A stretch of DNA of 64,000 nt from Prochlorococcus sp. AG-363-C02 (GTDB lineage: Bacteria; Cyanobacteriota; Cyanobacteriia; PCC-6307; Cyanobiaceae). The DNA is taken from contig QCFH01000004.1 in the NCBI GenBank assembly GCA_003278345.1, forward strand, positions 10,431 to 74,430. Direction: 5' to 3'. The position numbers were made by a program, and so were the translations under genes. The notes beneath the pieces are model-generated. The model made no database searches. It saw only the letters and a program-made list of their open reading frames with translations, and was not told where the DNA came from. This document shows, one piece after another, positions 44,985 through 55,029 of this stretch. Numbering within the stretch: the first letter of the stretch is position 1; every line of letters starts with the position of its first letter.

Positions 44985-45037
44985 AGATCAAAGAATTAAT
45001 TTATAGATAATTAAAGATAAGTTAAAATAATAAAATT

Positions 45038-47632
45038 ATGCAGTTACAACCTGATCTTTTTACAAATAATGCTTGGTCGGCCATTATTTCTGCTAAGGAA
45101 AAGTGTAAAGAGCAATATACTCAATATATAGAAAGCGAACATCTCTTATTAGCACTTTTAGAAGGCAATAAACTCTCTAGAAGAATTTTAGAGAAAGCCA
45201 ATGGATCAGTTGATAACTTAATAAAATCAATAAATAATTTTAGAGAGTTACAACCAAAGCTAAGCAAAAAACCAGAAGAACTATTTATAGGAAAATCCTT
45301 GCAAGATACTATTGATAAAGCTATAGAAATAAAAATATCGTTCAAAGATGATTTTATTTCTATAGAACATATAATCCTTGGACTATCAAAGGATCTTCGA
45401 TGTTGCAAAAAGATTCTCCAAGATGAAAAAATTTATGATGAAATTCTATTTAAAGTTATTAATCAAATCAGAGGAGACCAAAAAGTGACAGATAAAAATT
45501 CAGATATTTTATATGAATCACTTGAGAAATACGGAAGGGATCTTACTTGCGAAGCCAGCAAAGGCAACCTAGATCCTGTAATTGGTCGAGACGAAGAAAT
45601 TCGCAGAACTATACAGATTTTAAGTAGAAGAACTAAAAACAACCCTGTCCTTATTGGTGAACCAGGTGTTGGGAAAACAGCCATAGTTGAAGGTCTAGCA
45701 CAAAGAATAATTAATGGAGATGTTCCATCGGCTTTAAAAAATCGTCAGCTGATATCACTTGATATGGGAGCACTCATTGCAGGCGCAAAATTCAGAGGCG
45801 AGTTTGAGGAAAGGCTAAAAGCAGTTTTAAAAGAAGTAACTTCCTCTAACGGGAAAATTATCCTTTTTATTGACGAAATACATACAGTTGTAGGCGCTGG
45901 TGCAGCAGGTGGGGCAATGGATGCCAGCAATCTATTAAAGCCAATGCTTGCCAGAGGAGAACTGAGGTGTATAGGAGCAACAACTTTAGTCGAGCATCGT
46001 ACTCATATTGAAAAAGATCCAGCCCTTGAAAGACGCTTTCAACAAGTACTCATAAATGAGCCTTCTATAGAAGATACAATTTCTATTCTTCGAGGTTTAA
46101 AAGAAAAATATGAAGTGCATCATGGAGTAAGAATTTCAGATAATTCTCTTGTTGCTGCTGCTGTACTAAGCAAAAGATACATTTCAGAACGTTTTCTACC
46201 TGATAAAGCAATAGATCTAATAGATGAATCAGCATCAAAATTAAAAATGGAAATAACTTCAAAACCAGAAGAAGTGGATGAAATAGATAGAAAGATAATT
46301 CAATTACAAATGGAAAAATTATCGCTTAAAAGAGAATCAGATTTAACAAGTAAACAAAAGCTAGTGACAATAGATGAAGAGCTAAATTATCTTGAAAAAA
46401 TTCAAGATTCTCTAACAACTCAATGGCAAAATGAAAAGGAATCTATAAATACTATTAGTGAATTAAAAGAAGAGATAGAAAAAATACAAGTACAAATTGA
46501 GCAGGCAAAGAGAGATTATGATTTAAATAAAGCAGCTGAACTTGAATACGGTAATCTTGCATCATTAAATATTAAATTAAGAAATAAGGAGGATCTATTA
46601 TTAACAAATAGTATTGATCAAGATAAAAAACCTTTATTAAGAGAAGAAGTTACAGAGAATGATGTTGCAGATGTAATTTCAAAGTGGACATCAATTCCAA
46701 TAACAAAATTAGTAAAGTCAGAAATAGATAAGTTATTGGGCCTAGAAGAATTACTTAATACAAAAGTGATAGGTCAAAAAAAAGCAACTAAAGCTATTTC
46801 TGATGCAATATTAAGATCAAGAACTGGTCTTAGCGACCCAAACAAACCTATAGCAAGTTTCTTGTTCCTAGGTCCAACTGGAGTAGGTAAGACTGAATTA
46901 GCAAAATCTCTTGCCATTGAATTATTTGATAGCAAGAAAGCAATAATACGAATTGATATGTCTGAATATATGGAAAAACATAGCATTAGCAGATTAATAG
47001 GAGCTCCTCCAGGTTATGTTGGATATGAAACAGGGGGACAATTATCGGAAGCAGTAAGAAGAAATCCTTATTCAGTAATTCTTTTTGACGAAATAGAAAA
47101 AGCTAACAAGGACGTCCTGAATATTATGTTACAAATATTAGACGAAGGTAGGGTTACAGATGGGCTTGGGAAAAGCATTGATTTTACTAATACTATTATA
47201 ATACTAACCAGCAATATTGGTAGTAACTTTATAACAGATAAGGAGTTTAAAAATAATAATTTTGAAGATATAGAAAAAATTTTAGAACTAAAGCTAAAAG
47301 AATATTTAAACCCTGAGTTTATAAACAGATTAGATGAAAAGATTATCTTTAAAAGTCTTACCAAAGAAGACTTAAAAAAGATAGTCAAGAAAGAATTAAA
47401 TAAGCTTAGAAAGAGGCTAGAATCTAAAGATATAGAACTTATTATAAGTAATTCTGTAATTAATTGGATAGCCGATAAAGGGTTTGATAATCTTTATGGA
47501 GCAAGACCGGTAAAAAGAATTATTCAGAGGGAGATTGAAAGTTGTCTAGCTAAATCAATACTTAATAATAAAAATGATTGCTCTAAAAATATCGAAATTG
47601 GAGTAAAGGGAAATGAATTAGTAATTATTTAA
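45038..47632 (+). CDS. clpB: ATP-dependent chaperone ClpB
   Basis: Two AAA+ modules ([16 protein letters not shown]), long M-domain (AAELEYG), GYVGY pore loop, GARP. Confidence 0.95.
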   Translation: MQLQPDLFTNNAWSAIISAKEKCKEQYTQYIESEHLLLALLEGNKLSRRILEKANGSVDNLIKSINNFRELQPKLSKKPEELFIGKSLQDTIDKAIEIKISFKDDFISIEHIILGLSKDLRCCKKILQDEKIYDEILFKVINQIRGDQKVTDKNSDILYESLEKYGRDLTCEASKGNLDPVIGRDEEIRRTIQILSRRTKNNPVLIGEPGVGKTAIVEGLAQRIINGDVPSALKNRQLISLDMGALIAGAKFRGEFEERLKAVLKEVTSSNGKIILFIDEIHTVVGAGAAGGAMDASNLLKPMLARGELRCIGATTLVEHRTHIEKDPALERRFQQVLINEPSIEDTISILRGLKEKYEVHHGVRISDNSLVAAAVLSKRYISERFLPDKAIDLIDESASKLKMEITSKPEEVDEIDRKIIQLQMEKLSLKRESDLTSKQKLVTIDEELNYLEKIQDSLTTQWQNEKESINTISELKEEIEKIQVQIEQAKRDYDLNKAAELEYGNLASLNIKLRNKEDLLLTNSIDQDKKPLLREEVTENDVADVISKWTSIPITKLVKSEIDKLLGLEELLNTKVIGQKKATKAISDAILRSRTGLSDPNKPIASFLFLGPTGVGKTELAKSLAIELFDSKKAIIRIDMSEYMEKHSISRLIGAPPGYVGYETGGQLSEAVRRNPYSVILFDEIEKANKDVLNIMLQILDEGRVTDGLGKSIDFTNTIIILTSNIGSNFITDKEFKNNNFEDIEKILELKLKEYLNPEFINRLDEKIIFKSLTKEDLKKIVKKELNKLRKRLESKDIELIISNSVINWIADKGFDNLYGARPVKRIIQREIESCLAKSILNNKNDCSKNIEIGVKGNELVII

Positions 47633-47639
47633 AGTTAAA

Positions 47640-48401
47640 TTATGAAGGTAAGCTATCTAGGCTAAACCTATATCCCTGTTGTCTAACTGTTGTAATACCC
47701 CCTCCATCACCTAGACCAGCCTGCTCAAGTTTTCTTCTAAGGGTTAACACTTGCGTATCAACTGACCTTGGACCTCCACTAAAAGGAGGCCAAGCCATTC
47801 TCAAAAGCTCATGTCTGCTTCTGACCATGCCAGGTGGCATAAGAAGAGCACAAAGCAAAGCGAACTCTCTAGGGCTTAATTCAACTGGCTTTTCCCTTAA
47901 AGTAACCTGTCTAAGAAGCAAGTGAACTTCTAATGGTCCAACAGTAACTCTCTCTTGAAGGCCAATACGACCTCTTTTTAAAAGTGTTCTGCATCTTGCT
48001 GCCAATTCCTCTAATCCAAAGGGCTTGCGTAATACATCATCTGCACCATCATCTAGAAGTCCAACTAATGTTTCAACTCCAGCTCTAGCTGTAAGGACCA
48101 TAACAGGACAGCCCAATTGCTGGCCTAAATTTAAAGCAGAGCTTTGCTCTAGTAGTTCTGCGCTAACCAAAAGATCAGGCGATTGATCCCTACATAAGTC
48201 AATTGCTTCAAAAACGGATCCAACAGCTGCTGCAAGATGACCATCCTGTCTTAGTCTTTGAACAAGAACTGTTCTTAAAGTCGGATGAGGCTCTACAACA
48301 AGTATTCTCGAAGGACTTTGTGAAGTCGGATTCAATGGACTGGAGGCTAATGAATCCTGCGCACTCTGCTCATCAGAAAGCAAATCTGGAGTTAATGTCA
48401 C
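47640..48401 (-). CDS. OmpR-family response regulator with atypical receiver domain
   Basis: LTA...GADD..KPF receiver plus winged helix (LSPREF, SVDTQVLTLRRKL, TVRQQGYRF). Confidence 0.9.
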   Translation of the reverse strand: MTLTPDLLSDEQSAQDSLASSPLNPTSQSPSRILVVEPHPTLRTVLVQRLRQDGHLAAAVGSVFEAIDLCRDQSPDLLVSAELLEQSSALNLGQQLGCPVMVLTARAGVETLVGLLDDGADDVLRKPFGLEELAARCRTLLKRGRIGLQERVTVGPLEVHLLLRQVTLREKPVELSPREFALLCALLMPPGMVRSRHELLRMAWPPFSGGPRSVDTQVLTLRRKLEQAGLGDGGGITTVRQQGYRFSLDSLPS

Positions 48402-48475
48402 AGGGCAAATTCAAGTCGGTTTATGATAACGAATCAAGAGCTCAACTGTAAGAAATACCTAAACATCATCGCAAA

Positions 48476-48748
48476 ATGACATCACAAGCATTTCAAGATC
48501 CTGAATCGATAAGACATTTTCAATCAATTTGCGATGTATGTCAGCAACTTATTAATACTTTTCATACTCCAGCAGAATTAAAACTTTATACAGATGGGTA
48601 CTTACATGCTCTTAGAAAAGAAAGAATACTTAATCCCAAGGACCAAGATAAGCTAGAAAAGCTTGTCTCAGCTTGGATAATGGATCCATCCAGCTTCATT
48701 GGACCTGATGGGGATATAAATAATCTTTATTTCCAAAAGTATAGATAA
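48476..48748 (+). CDS. Conserved cyanobacterial hypothetical protein
   Basis: 90-aa ORF with IRHFQ.ICD, LYTDGYLHAL and DPSSF pattern, typical of the ORF divergent from this regulator. Confidence 0.8.
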   Translation: MTSQAFQDPESIRHFQSICDVCQQLINTFHTPAELKLYTDGYLHALRKERILNPKDQDKLEKLVSAWIMDPSSFIGPDGDINNLYFQKYR

Positions 48749-48763
48749 TCAAAAAGAAAAAGC

Positions 48764-49087
48764 TTAAGAAGCTAGAGCAATATCAATCTTTTCTCTTAAT
48801 TCTCCTGAGTTATACATCTCAATCAATATGTCAGAGCCACCCAAGAATTCTCCCTTCAAATAAACCTGGGGAATGGTAGGCCAATTTGAATATTCTTTTA
48901 TTCCTTCTCTAATATTCATATCCTGAAGAACATCAAAAGTCTCAAAATGAATTCCAAGCGAATTCAATATTTGCACAACATTATTTGAAAACCCACACTG
49001 AGGCATGATTTTACTTCCTTTCATGAAGACCATTATTGAATTAGAAGTGATTAGATCTTCAATTCTTTTTTTTGATTCAGAATCCAT
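48764..49087 (-). CDS. grxD: Monothiol glutaredoxin Grx4 family
   Basis: PQCGFS, WPTIPQ, GGSD. Confidence 0.95.
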   Translation of the reverse strand: MDSESKKRIEDLITSNSIMVFMKGSKIMPQCGFSNNVVQILNSLGIHFETFDVLQDMNIREGIKEYSNWPTIPQVYLKGEFLGGSDILIEMYNSGELREKIDIALAS

Positions 49088-49104
49088 TTTAAAAAAGCAA
49101 GGGT

Positions 49105-49335
49105 TCAGGGTGTAGAAGTCTTTAAAGCCAACGCATGAATTGCTTCACTTGCAAGCTCCTTTTGAAGAGCTTTGTAAATAATCTGATGCTGTTGAACTTT
49201 TGAGAGTCCTGAAAACGCTGATGAGACAACATTAACCTGTAAGTGATCTCCTCCACCATTCAAATCCTCTACTAATACCTCAGCATCAGGCAAGAGTTTG
49301 TTTATTGAAGAGACCACCTCTTGAGGAAGAACCAT
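49105..49335 (-). CDS. bolA: BolA family protein
   Basis: GGDH, FSGLS.VQQH and IHAL motifs; adjacent to grxD. Confidence 0.92.
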   Translation of the reverse strand: MVLPQEVVSSINKLLPDAEVLVEDLNGGGDHLQVNVVSSAFSGLSKVQQHQIIYKALQKELASEAIHALALKTSTP

Positions 49336-49389
49336 AATTTTTGAAAATATTAATAAATAAAAAAATTATAAACCAGGATAATAGATAAT

Positions 49390-49911
49390 TTATTTGTTCC
49401 CAACATAAGGTGTGTCAACAAATCCTAATTCAAAAAGTAATTTGTAAGCTTTTTGACCATCCGTATTTGAAGGGCTTGATATCCGAACAACTTCAACCAG
49501 TAAAGGAACAGCTAATTCAGTTTTATTAATCTTCCTAAAAACAGCCACTAAACGCAAATTAGATTTTGTAAGTAAAGAAAGTGCCTGTCTACTATTGATA
49601 TCCATCTCTCGAGGTATAAGTGCATCAACCCCTTTAAAAGAAGTACTTAAATCATTATAAAAACCTAATAATAACTTTGACATATCCCTTGCCTTATCAT
49701 AGTTCTTTCGTGCAACAGTATAGTTTCCATTTAATAAATATTTATCACCTTCAGTAATTAATTTTTCTACACTGTTTAAGTTTAAACCAATTTCCTCATT
49801 AGCCAAAATCCTATAATCATGGGCTTTAGTAGGTTCTGCTATATATTTAACACTAGTGAAAAAAAAACTAATACTTATTGCTAAAGCTGTTATAGGAACT
49901 CGCCAAATCAT
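49390..49911 (-). CDS. Conserved exported hypothetical protein (helical, TPR-like)
   Basis: Signal-like N-terminus from ATG 49911; AVPLLVEVVR...ELGFV pattern. Confidence 0.7.
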   Translation of the reverse strand: MIWRVPITALAISISFFFTSVKYIAEPTKAHDYRILANEEIGLNLNSVEKLITEGDKYLLNGNYTVARKNYDKARDMSKLLLGFYNDLSTSFKGVDALIPREMDINSRQALSLLTKSNLRLVAVFRKINKTELAVPLLVEVVRISSPSNTDGQKAYKLLFELGFVDTPYVGNK

Positions 49912-49957
49912 TTTACATAAAAATAATTTTTCTTTATAAAATTGCATTTGATAATAA

Positions 49958-50641
49958 TTAAGAGATTCTACCAACTGCTGAAAGAGCATTCTTCTCTGCT
50001 AAATGCATACTCTCAGCTAATTTAGTATCAAAATCTGCTGCTGCTAACCTACCAGGCTCACTAATTTTTATAGGTTCACCAAAACAAATTGCTGCTTGTC
50101 CAAAAAATTTAGGTATTACTTCACTATAACCAAGCCCAATAGGGACAACTTTGACATCAACACCATTTCTAAAGGCAAGCTGAGAGAGTCTAACTAAGCC
50201 CTTCTCTATTTTAATTGGTTTTCTCTTTCGATTGATTCTTCCTTCAGGGAAAACGACAAGTTGCTTTCCAGCAACCAAAAGATCTATTGAATATCTAAGT
50301 GAAACTAAAGAAGGTTTCTTTTTATTTACAGGGAAACAACCTAAGCGATTTAAGAACCAACCTTGCAGCCCTTGCATCTCAGATAAAGTAACCATAAAAC
50401 GACAATCTCTTTTAGTTACTCTCCTGCCTGCTGCCATTGTCAACATAAGAGCATCCCATCTTGAACGATGGGTAGGAGCAAGCACTACAGCTCCTTCTTT
50501 AGGCAAATTTTCTTTACCAAGAACAATCCTTCTTTTAAAAAAAATATTCAATGCAATATCTTGAGTGGCAATCATCGCAAGCTTGCCCCACAAAGGCTTT
50601 ACTCCCATACATAAAGTTGTTTCTCGTTGAGCTAATTCCAA
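49958..50641 (-). CDS. plsC: 1-acyl-sn-glycerol-3-phosphate (lysophospholipid) acyltransferase
   Basis: THRSRWD (HxxxxD) and FPEG motifs. Confidence 0.88.
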   Translation of the reverse strand: MELAQRETTLCMGVKPLWGKLAMIATQDIALNIFFKRRIVLGKENLPKEGAVVLAPTHRSRWDALMLTMAAGRRVTKRDCRFMVTLSEMQGLQGWFLNRLGCFPVNKKKPSLVSLRYSIDLLVAGKQLVVFPEGRINRKRKPIKIEKGLVRLSQLAFRNGVDVKVVPIGLGYSEVIPKFFGQAAICFGEPIKISEPGRLAAADFDTKLAESMHLAEKNALSAVGRIS

Positions 50642-50799
50642 AGAAGTTAAAAGAAGCTTAGTTTCTATCTATTAAGAACTTAACGGTCAAATGAAACTTT
50701 TATCTCCATGTATTGGGCAGTTAAGTCATCGGCTATATATATCATTAGGAAACAAAAGTTAATTTGGATAATAAACTTAAGCCAAATTGACAATTAAAT

Positions 50800-51540
50800 A
50801 TGACAACCCTGGGCATAAACATCGACCACATTGCAAATGTGCGACAAGCTCGTTTAGCAACTGAACCTGATCCAGTTCAATTGGCCTATTTAGCAGAATT
50901 AGGTGGAGCTGATGGTATTACTATTCACTTAAGAGAAGATAGAAGACATATACAAGAAAGGGATCTGAATCTACTAAGACAAACTATCGGAAGTCGCCTG
51001 AACCTTGAGATGGCCGCAACGAAAGAAATGCTTGATATAGCATTGGGAACAAAACCAGATATGGTAACTCTTGTTCCAGAAAAAAGAGAAGAAATAACTA
51101 CTGAGGGAGGGTTAAATATAGAGCAAAGCAAAGCAAATATCAAAAATATTATAGAGATTCTTAAATCAAATAATATTCCTACGAGTCTTTTTATCGATCC
51201 AATTGCGACCCAAATCGAAGCCTCCTTAGAAGTTGGCGCTAAATGGATAGAGATTCATACAGGTTCATATGCAATGTCTAAATTGAACAAGCAAGAATTT
51301 GAATTTTCAAAGATAAAAGAAGGTGTAATCAAAGCAAGAAGCCTCGGATTACGAGTTAATGCTGGTCATGGACTTACGTATCAGAACGTTGAACCTATAG
51401 CTTCTATAGAAGGCATAGAAGAATTAAATATTGGGCATACGATTATTGCTAGAGCAATTGCAGTTGGACTAAAAGATGCCGTCAAAGAGATGAAATATTT
51501 GATTTTAAATCCACGCAAAGAACCTTTTTTTGGGTCTTAA
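50800..51540 (+). CDS. pdxJ: Pyridoxine 5'-phosphate synthase
   Basis: LGINIDH, HLREDRRH, LVPEKREE.TTEGG, NAGHGL and ELNIGH motifs. Confidence 0.97.
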   Translation: MTTLGINIDHIANVRQARLATEPDPVQLAYLAELGGADGITIHLREDRRHIQERDLNLLRQTIGSRLNLEMAATKEMLDIALGTKPDMVTLVPEKREEITTEGGLNIEQSKANIKNIIEILKSNNIPTSLFIDPIATQIEASLEVGAKWIEIHTGSYAMSKLNKQEFEFSKIKEGVIKARSLGLRVNAGHGLTYQNVEPIASIEGIEELNIGHTIIARAIAVGLKDAVKEMKYLILNPRKEPFFGS

Positions 51541-51561
51541 AAATTTTAAACCAATAAATCC

Positions 51562-54500
51562 TTGTTAACGGTCTACAGAAGTAATCGAGCAGAATGGTTA
51601 TCAGCGCTTCTTTCAGAGCAGCTGAGGGTAAGCCCTCCTGAGCCATTTAAAACAGTAGACATTATTGTTAATACATGGCCTACTAGCCGTTGGCTTAGTG
51701 AACAAATAGCAAGTGTTAATGGAATAAGTGCGCAAATAAATTTTCCTTTCCCTAATGCACATTTAGCAAAACTAGTTCAGCTTTATTTAGGTCAAGAAGA
51801 AAGCGATGTTGATTCATGGAAAGCCAATCAATTGATTTGGACAATTATTGATGTATTACCAGAGTTGCTTGAAAAGAAAGAAGCACAAACTCTTATTAAT
51901 ATAAATACTAAAGAGAAATTGAGTCAAAGAAAAATTAATAAGCAAATCTGGGAAATAGCCAACGATCTAACCAATACCATTGATGAATATATATTTTATA
52001 GACCAAAAACTATTAAGAGCTGGTGGGAATCACGAGAAAGGCATAATCAGAGAAAGAAAGAGGGCTCAGCAGAAGAGCAGTGGCAAGCAATGTTAATCAC
52101 TTTACTAAAGGAAAGAATCAAAACCAAGCCAATTTGCCTACAAATTATTGACGTTATTAATAAATTAAAACGAAATGTGGCTCCACAAAATGAGATGCCT
52201 GATGAAATAATAATTTTTGGCGTTAGTAGTCTGGCCCCAATCCAAATAGATCTTTTACAAGCATTATCCAGCATAATGGAAATAAAGGTTTTCCTATTAA
52301 CTCCGTGCAAAGATCTATGGATGCGTAGCAAAGATCGTAGAATAAATCTTGGCTATAATTTAGAAATACCAACAGATGGATCTTGGTTACTTAATTCACC
52401 AAGACTCGAAGCAAACTTTGGTCGCATGGGAGCAGAGTTTCAACAATTGCTTGAAGGAAGTGGCGAATATCAATTAGGCCTATGGAATGAAGAAGACTTG
52501 TTTTCAATGCCTGCTAAAATTGCAACAAATGATTCAAGAGTACCTACTCTTCTAGAACAATTACAAGAAAGTCTTGTCAAAAAAGATTCTGAAATCAAAT
52601 TATGCAGACAAGCTTGCGATAACTCATTATTATTCATTGCTTCACCTGGTCAAAAAAGGCAAATTCAAATAATTCGAGATCAGATAATTCAATTGTTAGC
52701 TCAAGATTGTGAACTTCAACCTAGAGACATATTGATCATGACTCCACAGATCTCACAACTTGCTCCGCTAATTACATCTGTATTTAACGACGTTTCATCT
52801 ACTAAAGTTAAACTCCCTTGGAGAATCACCGATAGAACTCAAATTGAGAAACCAGGCTTAATTCAATTCATGATAGATCTTATAGATCTATCATCAAATA
52901 AGTTAACCCCATTAGAGCTTATTCGACTATTATCTAACGACGTAATCCAAAAAGAATTTAATTATGAACAAGAAGAAATTGATAAATTGATGAATTGTCT
53001 ACAAAGTAGCGGATTTCATTGGGGTGTTGATAAAACAGATCGAAACGGTGAAGCAACCAATAGCCTTGACTGGTGCCTAGAGAGGTGGTTACTGGGAATT
53101 ATTTTGCCTGACACTCCAGGTCTAGCTCCGCAAGGAATAGCTCCTTTCTCAGGATCTTTTTCAGTCCATGAAATTACAAAATGGTGGGTGTTACTATCAA
53201 AATTAAAAACACATTTACAAGCTCTTAGGGTTTCCAGATCTTGCAAAGATTGGTGTGTTTTGTTGTTTTCAATATTAAACGACCTTTTCTCAGTAGACAA
53301 TAATATGACTTGGGAGCATGAATCTTTTCTCTCACATATAAAACGATGGCAAAGCCATGCGGGCAATTGCAAGTTAAAAATAGAAACTCCTGTCCTTAGT
53401 GATATCTTAAAAAAATATATATCACTAGAAAGCGGAAGATTTGGTCATAGAAGCGGAAAAATTACTTTTAGTGCTCTAGAGCCAATGAGAGCAATTCCTC
53501 ACAAGGTTATTATTCTAATGGGTCTAGACAACTCTATATTTCCTCATAGTGAAAACAGGTCAAGTTACAGCTTGTTAGAACACTACCGTTTTCTTGGTGA
53601 CCCTAGAAGTACTGATAAAGATAGATATGTACTATTAGAAGCGATAATGTCTACAAGGAATAAGCTATTAATAAGCTGGAATGCTAGAAACGAAAAAACA
53701 GGAGAGTCCCTTGAGCCTGCAACACCTATACATCAGTGGATAGAATATTTAAGGAATGAATTAGACGATGAAAGTTTTAATGGAATAATAAAAACACCGC
53801 CATCAAACCCTCTAAGTTTTGATAATTTTATATCTAATAAGAAGAGTAGAATATTAAGTTGTGATCATCGAGATCTAGAAGCAAGGCTATATCTTGATAA
53901 TGAATTAAACCCAAAATCATCGGCTCTAGCTTTGCCACTTAATTGGGAAAAAAACTTCAAACCCAATGCAAATTCTATTGAAATAAATATTGAACTGATA
54001 AGAAAATGGCTAACAGCTCCTCAACTTACATGGCTCGAGCAATTGGATATAAAGCCAAAACTTTTGAGACCCAAAATACTAAACACTGAAATTTATGAAC
54101 TTTCAGAGTTAGAAAGATATTCTCTTTTAAAAGAAAAGTACAAAGAGTTAGAAAATGCATCCTTCAATACTAATAATCAGAATCTGTATAAATTCCCAAG
54201 AAGTATATACTGGCAAAGCAAAGTCAAAGGTCAAGGAATACTTCCACCAAAATCAGCCGCAAAAATTGAATGTGAATTACTAGAATCTAGATGGACTAGC
54301 ATTTTAAATATTTTTAAAAATATGGGGCAAGCGAGAAATTACTTGTTAGAGATAGAAAATGAAAGGATGAATATCACCTTACTTAACGAGGACGTTTTAA
54401 CATTTGAGATTGGCCAGATAAAGTTAAAATCGATTTTATCTACATGGCTAAAACACTTATATGTCTGCGCTTACGATATTCATCCAAGAAGAACAATAAT

Positions 54501-54882
54501 AATTAGCAGAGCTGAATCCATTAAAAGCGCAAACAAATATTATAAATCTCTAGAATTTAATTCAATAAGCAAAGAAGAAGCAATGAATTTGATTTCAAGG
54601 CTGAAATTATTAGTTAAGCAGGGGACTATAACGTGCTGGCCAGTACCTCCTCAAAGTGGTTGGGAATTTTACAGAGCGAAATACTATAATAAAACTAAAT
54701 TTAAAAGTATTTTCAAAAATTCATGGGAAGGAAGTTATAAAAGGTCTGGAGAAAGATCAAAAGAAGAAATGAAAATTTGTTTTGGAGAAGAATGTGATTC
54801 CATGACATTTCTTGATAATAGTATAATTGAAAGTTGCCTTTTAGAACTATATGATCCAATCCTAAAAAATATAATAACTTGA
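51562..54882 (+). CDS. recC: Exodeoxyribonuclease V gamma subunit
   Basis: MLTVYRSNR start, PRDILIMTP, LEPMRAIP, DRYVLLEA; first gene of the recCBD cluster. Confidence 0.92.
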   Translation: MLTVYRSNRAEWLSALLSEQLRVSPPEPFKTVDIIVNTWPTSRWLSEQIASVNGISAQINFPFPNAHLAKLVQLYLGQEESDVDSWKANQLIWTIIDVLPELLEKKEAQTLININTKEKLSQRKINKQIWEIANDLTNTIDEYIFYRPKTIKSWWESRERHNQRKKEGSAEEQWQAMLITLLKERIKTKPICLQIIDVINKLKRNVAPQNEMPDEIIIFGVSSLAPIQIDLLQALSSIMEIKVFLLTPCKDLWMRSKDRRINLGYNLEIPTDGSWLLNSPRLEANFGRMGAEFQQLLEGSGEYQLGLWNEEDLFSMPAKIATNDSRVPTLLEQLQESLVKKDSEIKLCRQACDNSLLFIASPGQKRQIQIIRDQIIQLLAQDCELQPRDILIMTPQISQLAPLITSVFNDVSSTKVKLPWRITDRTQIEKPGLIQFMIDLIDLSSNKLTPLELIRLLSNDVIQKEFNYEQEEIDKLMNCLQSSGFHWGVDKTDRNGEATNSLDWCLERWLLGIILPDTPGLAPQGIAPFSGSFSVHEITKWWVLLSKLKTHLQALRVSRSCKDWCVLLFSILNDLFSVDNNMTWEHESFLSHIKRWQSHAGNCKLKIETPVLSDILKKYISLESGRFGHRSGKITFSALEPMRAIPHKVIILMGLDNSIFPHSENRSSYSLLEHYRFLGDPRSTDKDRYVLLEAIMSTRNKLLISWNARNEKTGESLEPATPIHQWIEYLRNELDDESFNGIIKTPPSNPLSFDNFISNKKSRILSCDHRDLEARLYLDNELNPKSSALALPLNWEKNFKPNANSIEINIELIRKWLTAPQLTWLEQLDIKPKLLRPKILNTEIYELSELERYSLLKEKYKELENASFNTNNQNLYKFPRSIYWQSKVKGQGILPPKSAAKIECELLESRWTSILNIFKNMGQARNYLLEIENERMNITLLNEDVLTFEIGQIKLKSILSTWLKHLYVCAYDIHPRRTIIISRAESIKSANKYYKSLEFNSISKEEAMNLISRLKLLVKQGTITCWPVPPQSGWEFYRAKYYNKTKFKSIFKNSWEGSYKRSGERSKEEMKICFGEECDSMTFLDNSIIESCLLELYDPILKNIIT

Positions 54883-54891
54883 CATCAAAGC

Positions 54892-55029
54892 ATGAAAATA
54901 TTTTATTCATTTTTCAATTACATAGGCAAAAATATTTTTGCTTATTTTTCACTATTACTCAACGATATTACAGCACTAATGATATTTACTAAACCAAGGA
55001 AATGGCATTATATATTTTATTATGACTAA
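54892..55029 (+). CDS. Possible 45-aa hydrophobic small ORF between recC and recB (or gene remnant)
   Basis: ATG 9 bp after the recC stop; MKIFYSFFNYIGKNIFAYFSLLLNDITALMIFTKPRKWHYIFYYD; stop overlaps the recB start (ATGACTAA). Confidence 0.3.
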   Translation: MKIFYSFFNYIGKNIFAYFSLLLNDITALMIFTKPRKWHYIFYYD

